From: Zancudomyces culisetae HAW-14-8
Taxonomy: Eukaryota; Fungi; Kickxellomycota
Assembly (NCBI GenBank): GCA_052426225.1
Contig: JBNJNM010000009.1
Location: 1,332,323-1,396,322, forward strand
Direction: 5' to 3'
DNA length: 64,000 nucleotides
Under the pieces are notes generated by a model that did no database searches, was not told the origin of the DNA, and saw only the letters and a program-made list of their open reading frames with translations. Both the position numbers and the translations under genes were made by a program. This document shows positions 24,428 through 34,390 of the stretch, piece after piece (positions within the stretch are counted from its first letter, which is position 1; every line of letters begins with the position of its first letter).

Positions 24428-27400
24428 GGAAAACGACACCGCCCAGTAGACAGTAAGGGACACCTATTGGGCAACTTAGCCAGTCCCCACGCCACTGTAA
24501 CCACTCCTGTTTCTGACACCCAATCTCCTGATAAACCAAACACCTTGACCATTCCTGTAACCATCTTGTCCAAGCACCACCACATCAAAACCTACGCTAT
24601 GGTTGATTCTGGTGCTTCGTCCTCGTTCATTGACGCCAATTTTGCTCTAAAAAACAATCTACCATCTATATCTAGAAAAATGACAATCACGCTCGCTGAC
24701 GGATCAAAGCTTAGATCCAACTCTGCCTCCCAAGTATCACTAAAAATCAACGATAACCATCTCGAAAGTATCTATCTGCAACAAATAGACCTTGGATCTT
24801 CACCAATCATCCTTGGTCTTTCCTGGCTTCAACAACACAATCCTGACATCAACTGGACTGAGAACATAGTCCATCTGCCTTGTACCTTGACTTCTTGTGG
24901 GCCCAACCATGTCAACCTAGACATCTCTCTTGTGGGCTCAAACCAGTTTAAAGAACATCTGAAGGCACCAGACACTGTCTATGCTGGTGCAATTACCGTG
25001 AACAATCTTGAATCCCTTGTAGCTCCTGAATCTTGTGAAAATCTCTGTCTTGTCTCTGAATCTAATCCTGAAACCCCTGTTACTCCTGTATTCCCTGAAA
25101 AGTATAAAATGTTTGAATCTGTCTTCTCTGAATCCCAATCTGCCAAACTGCCTGAACATCGTCCATATGATCATACCATTCCTTTGCTTCCTGACTCAAA
25201 GATACCATATGGCCCATTGTACAACCTCTCCCAATTGGAACTAAAGACCCTGTACGACTACATTCAGGAAAACCTAGCCAATGGTTTTATCCAACGCTCT
25301 GAATCCCCGGCTGGGGCTCCCGTCCTATTTGTAAAAAAGAAAGATGGTAGTCTCCGGTTGTGCGTCGACTATAGAGCCCTGAATAAGATCACTGTCCCCA
25401 ACCGTGCAGCCTTGCCACTCATCTCTGAAACCTTGGATCGGCTTGGCAAAGCCAAGATATTCACCAAGCTGGATATGAAATCCGCATACCACATGATCAG
25501 GATCTCGCCTGGTGAAGAATGGAAGACCGCGTTTCGTACACGCTACGGCCACTTCGAGTATAAGGTCATGCCGTTTGGCCTTATGAATGCTCCAGCCACG
25601 TTCCAGTCCTTTGTTAACGATCTCTTCCGTGAATACATTGATCAATTCCTTGTTGTGTACATCGATGATCTGTTAATCTACTCAGATGATATCGATAAGC
25701 ACTATGACCACGTCTGCCTTGTCTTGAAGAAGCTTCAGGAACACAATCTCACCCTCAAGCTAGAGAAATGTGAGTTTGATGTACAATCAGTACAGTTCCT
25801 CGGTTTTGTAATTGGCCCCAACGGAATCTCTATGGATCCATCTAAAGTATCCAGCGTTACCGAATGGAAGACACCAACTTGTGTCCGTGACGTTCAGGTA
25901 TTCCTTGGCCTTACAAACTTCTACCGCCGTTTTATTTTGAACTACTCCAAGATATCTCTGCCGCTCACCGCCTTGTTGAAAAAAGGTGTCCAATTCCAGT
26001 GGACACCCAAAGCTGAAGAAGCTTTCGCCTTGCTAAAAGAAACCATGATCAGTAACCCAGTCTTAGCTCACTACAATCCTGACCAGCCTTGTATCATCGA
26101 AACCGATGCATCAGATTTTGCATTAGGTGCCATTTGCAGCCAGTATGACAACGAGGGACAACTCCACCCTGTTGCATACTACTCCCGCAAACTCCTGCCT
26201 GCTGAAGTGAATTATCAAATCTATGATAAGGAACTGTTAGCAATTATCGACGCTTTTGCTCACTGGCGTCACTACCTTGAATTTTCTGTACACCCAACCG
26301 TTGTTATGACCGACCATAAAAACTTGGAATACTTCTCCACTACCAGAAATCTTAGTCGCCGCCAAGTCAGATGGTCAGAATACCTCAGTAACTTCAACTT
26401 TGTCATCAAGTACCGCCCTGGAAAACAGAACACTGCCGCCGATGCTCTTTCTCGGAAAGACCAACCTTGGAAGGGGGGTGACTCCCGTACTGACCAAAAC
26501 AAAATAACTTTGCTGCCTCCTGAAATCTTCTTGAAGTCCATGACTAGTACACCTGTTGAACCTTTGTCATCCACGCTCATGAACAACATCAAGTCACTAC
26601 AACCCAAAGACACGTACTTTGGACCCATTTACACTGACTTATCCAAGAAACCTGATTCCCATGAAAAGTTCGCTCTTGTTGACAATCTTCTGCACTATGA
26701 TGGACTAATCTGTATCCCCTCAGACGACAACATCAAAAGAACAATTCTGATTGAATGCCATGATTCCCCTGCTGCCGGCCACTTTGGAAATGCAAAGACG
26801 TACGAACTTGTATCTCGCAACTTTTACTGGCCAACCATGAGAAAATATATCAAAGACTACATCTCTGGTTGCGATACCTGTCAACGCAACAAATCCTCTC
26901 GCCATAAACCATATGGCTACCTCGCTCCACTTCCCGTTCCTGATTCACCTTGGTCATCTGTTTCTGTCGACTTCATCACTCAGCTACCTCCATCCAATAA
27001 CTTTACTGCAATCTGTGTATTTGTGGATCGCCTTACCAAGATGGCGCATTTTGTTCCCACAACCAATGAAATTGATGCTGAAGGTACTGCAGATCTGTTT
27101 ATCCAACATGTCTTCTGCAAACATGGGCTCCCTAAAGACATCGTATCTGATAGAGGTGTGACCTTCAATTCATCATTCATGCGTACTCTAATGAAATCAC
27201 TGAATATTGAACAGAAAATGTCCACCGCATTCCATCCTCAGACAGATGGACAAACTGAACGCGTAAACTCAGTATTGGAACAGTATCTCAGGTGCTACAT
27301 TGATTACCAACAAACTGATTGGTCAAAGTGGTTACCAATTGCTGAATTCGCCTACAACAACACATCTCATGCTTCTACTAAAACCACACCTTTCTACGCC

Positions 27401-28045
27401 AACTATGGCTTCCATCCACGCTTCTCAGTCATAATCCCTCGTACTCAAGTTTTAAATCCTGCCTCCTCTGATAGATCCAAACGACTATCTGATATCCACC
27501 AAGAACTGAAGTTTAACATCTCCCTTGCCCTTGAAGACCATGAGAAATACTACAACCGAAAAGTATCATCACAACCTGACTTCAACATTGGTGATCTTGT
27601 CTATCTCTCAACTAAAAACATCAGGACTCAAAGACCAAGCAAGAAGCTTGACTATCGGAAACTTGGTCCATTCAAAGTATTGGAAAAGATTGGACAAAGA
27701 TCATACAAACTTCAGCTACCACACACAATGAAGATTCATCCAGTATTCCACGTCAATCTCCTTGAACATTGTAAACCAGATCTGATTCCAGACAGACTAT
27801 CAAAACCGCTTCCACCTGTGATCATTGACGGTCAAGAAGAATATGAAGTTGAGAAAATCCTAGACAGTAAAATATTTGGTAGAACTGTCAAATACCTGGT
27901 ACACTGGAAAGGATACCCAGACACTGAACGTACCTGGCAAACATATTCTGACTTAGCAAATGCAAATTATCTTGTCACTGAATTCCATCGTCACCATCCT
28001 GAAAAACCAAAGCCAACACAAATGCTTCACGGAGCTCAGCCTTAA
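24428..28045 (+). CDS. Chromovirus A pol (PR-RT-RH-IN-chromodomain), intact
   Basis: VDSGA, YIDD, TDAS, integrase core, and in-frame chromodomain YEVEKILDSK...YLVHWKGY. Reached from gag by a -1 shift. Confidence 0.95.
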   Translation, partial: GKRHRPVDSKGHLLGNLASPHATVTTPVSDTQSPDKPNTLTIPVTILSKHHHIKTYAMVDSGASSSFIDANFALKNNLPSISRKMTITLADGSKLRSNSASQVSLKINDNHLESIYLQQIDLGSSPIILGLSWLQQHNPDINWTENIVHLPCTLTSCGPNHVNLDISLVGSNQFKEHLKAPDTVYAGAITVNNLESLVAPESCENLCLVSESNPETPVTPVFPEKYKMFESVFSESQSAKLPEHRPYDHTIPLLPDSKIPYGPLYNLSQLELKTLYDYIQENLANGFIQRSESPAGAPVLFVKKKDGSLRLCVDYRALNKITVPNRAALPLISETLDRLGKAKIFTKLDMKSAYHMIRISPGEEWKTAFRTRYGHFEYKVMPFGLMNAPATFQSFVNDLFREYIDQFLVVYIDDLLIYSDDIDKHYDHVCLVLKKLQEHNLTLKLEKCEFDVQSVQFLGFVIGPNGISMDPSKVSSVTEWKTPTCVRDVQVFLGLTNFYRRFILNYSKISLPLTALLKKGVQFQWTPKAEEAFALLKETMISNPVLAHYNPDQPCIIETDASDFALGAICSQYDNEGQLHPVAYYSRKLLPAEVNYQIYDKELLAIIDAFAHWRHYLEFSVHPTVVMTDHKNLEYFSTTRNLSRRQVRWSEYLSNFNFVIKYRPGKQNTAADALSRKDQPWKGGDSRTDQNKITLLPPEIFLKSMTSTPVEPLSSTLMNNIKSLQPKDTYFGPIYTDLSKKPDSHEKFALVDNLLHYDGLICIPSDDNIKRTILIECHDSPAAGHFGNAKTYELVSRNFYWPTMRKYIKDYISGCDTCQRNKSSRHKPYGYLAPLPVPDSPWSSVSVDFITQLPPSNNFTAICVFVDRLTKMAHFVPTTNEIDAEGTADLFIQHVFCKHGLPKDIVSDRGVTFNSSFMRTLMKSLNIEQKMSTAFHPQTDGQTERVNSVLEQYLRCYIDYQQTDWSKWLPIAEFAYNNTSHASTKTTPFYANYGFHPRFSVIIPRTQVLNPASSDRSKRLSDIHQELKFNISLALEDHEKYYNRKVSSQPDFNIGDLVYLSTKNIRTQRPSKKLDYRKLGPFKVLEKIGQRSYKLQLPHTMKIHPVFHVNLLEHCKPDLIPDRLSKPLPPVIIDGQEEYEVEKILDSKIFGRTVKYLVHWKGYPDTERTWQTYSDLANANYLVTEFHRHHPEKPKPTQMLHGAQP

Positions 28046-29050
28046 AAGGGGAGGTCGTGTCATGAACTGATTCTAGAATGTTCGAAAACGTTCTAGAATC
28101 ATCGGATTTTATTCCGCAGTAATGTTTAGAATGTTCCCCAACATTCTAGAACATTACCGAAAATTCACATTATTTATTAATTTTTATTACGTAATAATTT
28201 TCACATGTTTAATTTTAATAGCATTCGAGTTTGAATTTTGTTTGATTACTAATCCAATTGGATTAGTAATCAAACACGTTTTTCTTTAGCTTGAATTTTT
28301 AGCTATTCCGCAGTTTTCATAGTGATTATGTTCAAAAACCAAGGCTGGAAAAAAGTATAAAAAGGGTACAAATTTCCTGTCTTGGATTCAGTATCTAGTA
28401 TCTTGTATACATTCATACTATAAACTTTAATAATAATAAATATAACTCTCCTGACTCCAGATCTTGACAGCTAGGTGCGACATACGACGATGTTATTGCA
28501 CAAGGATTTTGGGCAAGTAAAAGTATATTTGATACTTATTATCAATTATCACGTAGAACTCGTGAAAATTTAACTCAATTTATCTTGAACTCTGAAGCTA
28601 CATAATTGTATCTGGATAAGTGAAGCATAATAATATGTTTAGTTGAATGAAATGAAAACTTATTATTATTATGCGAACATCCAGATACAATTATGTCCCA
28701 CCCAATTCCCACCCATACCTAGCTCAACGATGGTAAAGATTCATCAGGAAACAGGGGACATCAGTTTATATATGGTTTAAATTTATTTTATTTAGTTAGT
28801 TTTAATTATTTTATAAAAATTATACAGTGATGTCTGTCATTACACACATCATTACGTATAAAGTTTTTAAATTTAAACACTCTTTTTATCGATTTAATAT
28901 TTTACCAAATTTTAAGGTAATGGATTAATCGATAAAAATAGTATCTAGGAAAGAATTTACGATTTATAATAAAGATTGGTACACACATAATTGTATCATG
29001 ATGTTCGCATAATAATAATAAGTTTTCATTTCATTCAATTAAACATATTA

Positions 29051-30958
29051 TATACTTTTGCCGAATATCTTTACTAATGTCTTACAGTTCGATTGACGCT
29101 TTTCTTCAAGTTCTAACTCGTTCACTTCGAAGACCTTTTTATTTATAATGTATGCGGCTGTTATGGTTTTAAATTATATGAAACCTTTGTCTCCACAGGA
29201 CAATGTTTATATATTTATCAATTATAACCATAACATTTACCGACCTCCACATTATTAATTTAAATGTTTAAATTAATGTTTTAGTTATGTTTTAAATTTA
29301 GTTTAATTTTAACATTATCGTCCCATCATGAAAAGTATATAAGCTATGCAATTATCATGATGTAACGATAAGTTTTACAACGAGTTTAGTTTCGTTTAGT
29401 TATTCACTTATAGTCTAGTTTATTAATAAATATAATTTATCCAAGTCCAGACCTTGACAGCGGCCATCTCTTCTTTATAGTAGTAGAATTTTGCAAAAGT
29501 TGCAGTACATTAACCTTGAGTGTAACTTTCTCCAACTCTTTTACTAGTGAGAACTATTGTTCTTGCGTTGGGTTAGCCACTTCGCCAATGGATTCTGAAG
29601 TTAGTTCAGAGTCGGAAGCAACATTAACTCGATTCCGAGTACGTATTGTGTTGGATTTATCAATCCTGGGTCTTCCAACCTTTCTTTGTACCTCATTATC
29701 TTCTCTACGTCTTTTTCTTTTTTCCACAGAAAAAATTTCTTTATCATCCTCTTCAAAAGTATCCAATAACTGAATGAAATTCACTTGTTTTGTTTTTTCA
29801 CCTAGTGGTTTGTTATTTGTACTTCTGCTCAGGTCCGGACATTCGTTCCTAGTTGGCCTTCTTTTTGGCAGTTGTAACAGACTATTCTTCTTGGTCCGTT
29901 AAATGTCGGTTTACTTTCTTTATAATCTTTCAGATGCCCTCGAATACCTCTTCAACTTTGTTAAATAAGTTAACGCTCATGTCATTAAACATTTTCATAA
30001 TTTGACTGTATGGAAGTTGGTCCTTGACTGCCTCTTTAACATTTTTTCCAGTTTTAGTAGCTGATTTCGTGTGTATTCCTTTGCTTTAGTTTCTACAGCT
30101 CTTGTATCTGGTTTTTTCCTTTGGGTGGTCCAAGTTTGTTCCTCCTTAAGTATTCTTGTGATTATGGATTCCCACAACACTAATTTCTCATTTTCCACAA
30201 TTTTCTTATTTTCTGTAGTTAGCAAACTAAAGCGTCAGTCTGCTCTCATACCTTCATAAGTAATCTTTGCACCATCAAGTAAAATCTCTAGTTCTAGTTC
30301 GAACTGTTCAACGGACTCAAAATCATTCTGCTTAATGGATCGCAGTCTTTCCCATACCTGCGTCTTCGATTTTTCGATTTTGAACTTTCCTTTGAATGAC
30401 TTCGCGAATTCTTACCAGTTTGTAAAATCTTCCTTTTTCTTCTTGTACCTAATCTTTTCATTGGGTCCTAAATATAACTTTATAAGATCTACCCAGTCTG
30501 CTTGCTCCCATTTGTTTAGTTAAGCCATTAACCTAAACTCCTCTAGCCATTCTTCTGGGTCCAAGTTTGTATTACCTACGAATACTTTTGGCTGGTTCAT
30601 TTTCATGTGGATATAGACTTAAATTATCTTATCACTATATGATTCTGTCGCTGACGCCACTTTTAGCGAAAATGGTTCTTTTTTCACTATTCTTTTATAT
30701 TTACTATGAAAACAATTATATTTTAGTATTTTTGTCAAGTTTTAATCTTAAATTTTTTAGACTATTAGTAATTAGATCAACACTTAATTTTATTGATAAT
30801 ATTTCATACTAAGAAATCTTACTGGTATTTATATTTTAAACAGCTAAATATAATCCATATTAATAAACCTTAATATTAATAAACTCATAATTTTTTGTTA
30901 GTTTTAACCTAGTATTAATCCGTAGATAAAATAAACAAACTAAAAATAAACCATGACA
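29051..30958 (-). mobile_element. Degenerate LTR retrotransposon G: 5' LTR, tRNA-type PBS and decayed gag
   Basis: The minus strand reads DPEEWLEEFRLMA*LNKW... with stops. PBS-like TGGCGTCAGCGACAG at 30645-30659. Probable LTR about 30662-30958, beginning TGTCATGG on the minus strand. Confidence 0.7.
29159..29459 (+). mobile_element. 301-bp solo LTR
   Basis: TGTT...GACA termini, TSD GCGGC at 29154-29158 and 29460-29464; 3' end CCAGACCTTGACA resembles the end of LTR A. Confidence 0.88.
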
Positions 30959-31945
30959 GATCAATTTTTGGATATGCATGAACATGTATAAAATTAATAT
31001 AATTTAACTAAAACTATTTGTTCGTTAATCCTATAGGGTCTAGGAGGAATCACTGCCACTATATAACAATGCATTTTCTATTTTTTAACTTAGCGATTAA
31101 ACTAAAATCCACTAGTCATGCTTCTGAGTTTGAACCCACCGATAGTTATATATTTTGGGTTTTATATATTCTCAATTTTTATTATGTTTCTACGTAGTTT
31201 TTGTTTTATTATATTCTATTATTGTAATTAACAGTTAATGCTTGAAACCTGTAGTATTCAGTCAATGCGTTGATAAGTCTTCCATTTAATAAATTTGTTA
31301 ATAGATATATTTCAATATCCTGTCGCTGACTTTCTGCTAATAATAACTTATTTTTGGTTCCAATGCTGTGATTTACCAGGATTACCAATTTAGAGTAATC
31401 GGATACGATTTCTTTTCTGATGTTATAAATGTTATTAATATTATATTTTTTTGTATTTATTTATTTTCTTTTTTAAATTTTTTGAAAGGTACAAACATAT
31501 AATATTGTATTAAATAATATTTTATTAGCTGCAAACCGTAATAATAAAGTTGGTGATTTTATCACTTATTACTAATATATATATTAAATATAGTTTGTTG
31601 ATTTTACTTTGAATAAAATATAAATACTTTTAAAACGTTTTAAAAACTACTTTTAGGTCAATGATTCTATGATTTTGATTTAAATTCTAGTACTCAATGT
31701 TTTTAAATGATTAACAAAAATACATAATATCTTCAGTCGTGTAGAAATTTCACGACAATCAGGGATTCTTTTGCGCTTTTATTGGTTTATAAGAAGAAAA
31801 GAATAAAAAGTTTAACATATAGTATCTGTGAAATAAAATTCAAGTTTCAGATACACAACAAGTATATTCGGAATAGTGATACGGCTAGTTATATAATATT
31901 TAGCATTTAAATAAGTACAAATACTATTAAAATCTGAGATTCAAC

Positions 31946-32188
31946 ATGTCAGGCTTCATACGTAAACTCAGAACATCATTGATTCAGAATGCTAGAACTG
32001 AGGGCCGATACATATCGGATAGTGAACGTTTGGGGGCAACTTCTTTGGAAGTTGATCCTCAAGAAACACACGTCCCCTTTGCGGATATAATGGAAAATGC
32101 ATCTTTACAAATGAAGAATCCAACTAGTGATGAGGTATCACTCAAAATCAATCGACAGTGTAACTCTATTTTTTTTGCTTCAACATAG
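31946..32188 (+). CDS. Small protein (80 aa), putative paralog of 36640-36813
   Basis: ATG-initiated, GC-richer island in very AT-rich DNA; shares P-x6-F-x2-I-x5-LQxKN with the ORF at 36640. Confidence 0.5.
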   Translation: MSGFIRKLRTSLIQNARTEGRYISDSERLGATSLEVDPQETHVPFADIMENASLQMKNPTSDEVSLKINRQCNSIFFAST

Positions 32189-33970
32189 AAATAATATATT
32201 CAGAATTATATTTAAATTTATTTAGTAAATTTTTGTTTAGTAGTGTATTTTAGAAGTATCATTATAATAGTTTTTTCTATTAAATTACTTGTGGTTTTTA
32301 ACTATATAATAGCTATATGACAATATTTTATTAATTTACACTATCGTTGAAAATGGTATATATGATTATGTTACTTTTACATATAACATTATTTGACTAA
32401 TTTTCACTCTAGTTAATTCAAAGAATCATTTAATCATTTCTATTTTATTCCTTTTTAGTAACCAACTTTCTAGTATATTATAGTGATACTCAATTTTACC
32501 AATAAAATGGAGTGTATTGGAAAACACTAACTAAAAAGTGGTGTAGAATAGTGGATTGTGGAATCTATTTATCATTCGAAACTCATTATCGATATTTGTT
32601 TAGTGGTGGATTTAGAAAAATAATTATCATTTTTCTTGTAAAGCTTATATTTTTTGGCTTTACATAAACAGTTAATGATTTAATAAAAGCTTTGGAAGTT
32701 TATAAACCACTATTTGATACTAAACTATTATATTTACTCTACGAATACTATAGACAAATTATAACAATAGCCCTACCGCTATAAAAAGTTTATTGACCAC
32801 TCCTGGAAATAAATTATGTTAATTTATTTGTTTACTTTTTGTATCTAGAAGACTAGCGTTGTTGAGTATTATTTTAATATTTTGTTTAGACCATGAAAAA
32901 CCATTATATCTAGAGTCTTCAATTATTACTTTGAGCGTATTTTGCATAATGTTACAATGCAAAGTACAGTACACTATTTACTAAACACTATCAAATAATA
33001 TCTATTTAAGCACATGTACTTATTATATTAATATTTTCAGTAACAAAAGTTGGTATCAACTTTAAACCACTTGAATTTTTAATCTAGAATAATATACTTT
33101 TTTTTAGTCGACTAATAAATTATAATTGACTTTTTTTTGTAAACTTTACCTATACACCCCAGGAAAATTGCTATTATTACTAACTTGAAAATCCGACTAA
33201 AACTTTATGCATTAGCTCTAGAAGTATTGATGTTAATATATATTTACGCTAATAAAACTATGAATATGGAGTAAGAGTATTTAATTAACCAGCTTGTCTG
33301 GAAAAAATTTCGTATTAGCGATAATAATAAGTTTGTTCTCGTATCTGAATATAATTGGTAGAATTTAATGAACATAAAATGAGTGGTATTTAAACTACTC
33401 TGTTATTTGACTACCAAAGATGAAACTTTATAGCTATGTGTGACCATGCTAAAAGTCCAGCTATATATTGTATTTTAGAGTCAGTATTTTTCTAGGATAC
33501 TACCAATAATAATCAAAACCGCATGCTTGCTAGAGTTTCTAGTACAAAAAAGTAGATCCAAATTAGCATGAATATATATTTTAAAAACGGATACGTTAAG
33601 CTAGAACAACTAATATTAAACATATGAAAGTAAATGATTCCATTAAAAGCCAGTTTTATAATATTAAAGGTTTTTAAGGACTGAAAACAATACTGAATTG
33701 AAAACTCGACTATGGACACTTACCAATATATTTTAAATTTGAAAATGATTTACATAAGCATTGTCCAGAAATAACTGTAGCAAGAAAATAGAAAACAACT
33801 AATACTTATTCAATGCACCATTTATAATACTACTTAAGCTTTGACAGCAAAAAATATGTATAAATAGCTTGAAATTTTCACTAAAAAGTAATTCACTAAA
33901 CTACAAAGTATTGGAACTTTAGCAATATTAAATAAAGAAAGCAAGAATTAGACAAACAAAAAAAGTAAAA

Positions 33971-34390
33971 ATGGTAAGCAAGATTTTGACAGCCACGCTT
34001 TTGATTGCCTCAAAGTTTGCAGCAGGTGTTTACATTTATGACACCCAGATGACTAATAATAACGAAAAAGTTGACTACAAACTCAACAACGTCGATTCTA
34101 ATAGTCAAAACCCCCCACAGCAAAGTTTGGAAATTGAGATGTTTAGTTCAAACTACTTAAAGGATAAAATTGATACCATAGCAATTCAACCAGGTGCATG
34201 TTATGGCTTACCTAATATTAATTCATGCATGCTTGATGGTGGTAAACCTGGTGAGGGAACAATCAAGTTCTGCACAGGAAACAACTGTGATGGTAAATGT
34301 CGCTCTGGATCTAGAAAAACCTGGTTATACCCTCAACACATGCTTAATGATATTGGAGGAAGTGCAAATTCAGTTATTTGGACCATTTAA
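33971..34390 (+). CDS. Small secreted cysteine-rich protein (possibly beta/gamma-crystallin-like fold)
   Basis: 139 aa, N-terminal signal-like peptide, N/Q-rich linker, C-terminal domain with 5 Cys. TATAAATA about 110 bp upstream and A-rich start context. The fold is a pattern-level guess. Confidence 0.75.
   Translation: MVSKILTATLLIASKFAAGVYIYDTQMTNNNEKVDYKLNNVDSNSQNPPQQSLEIEMFSSNYLKDKIDTIAIQPGACYGLPNINSCMLDGGKPGEGTIKFCTGNNCDGKCRSGSRKTWLYPQHMLNDIGGSANSVIWTI

Larger units (their letters stand above)
17160..24449 (+). pseudogene. Chromovirus A gag (parts 17160-17800 and 23870-24449)
   Basis: PDTFSG motif; the frame rejoins across element B (ETITRAFGDPNP); C-terminal CCHC knuckle CLYCGGNDHFNINCP. 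Confidence 0.9.
16688..28469 (+). mobile_element. Ty3/gypsy chromovirus A, full length, gag interrupted by element B
   Basis: 412-bp LTRs at 16688-17099 and 28058-28469 (4 mismatches counted by eye), TG...CA ends, TSD GCTAG, PPT before 28058. Confidence 0.97.
15877..28605 (+). pseudogene. DIRS1 tyrosine recombinase, split by chromovirus A (parts 15877-16687 and 28475-28605)
   Basis: GFLRPSD, PKEK and LCPV motifs. Rejoining across the TSD gives LPKA*ALGSIRATKLGATYDDVIAQGFWASKSIFDTYYQLSRR. Confidence 0.9.
12032..29050 (+). mobile_element. DIRS1-group tyrosine recombinase retrotransposon, interrupted by three LTR insertions
   Basis: Contains gag, RT/RNaseH/methyltransferase and YR ORFs. Has 269-bp inverted terminal repeats (12053-12321 and 28729-28997), a right-end extension (28998-29050), and an internal complementary region (28601-28695) matching both outer ends. 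TATTA is present at both junctions. Confidence 0.93.

Noticed and set aside
31090-31146. tRNA B-box-like GAGTTTGAACCC
   Set aside because: I could not build a cloverleaf or find an A-box.
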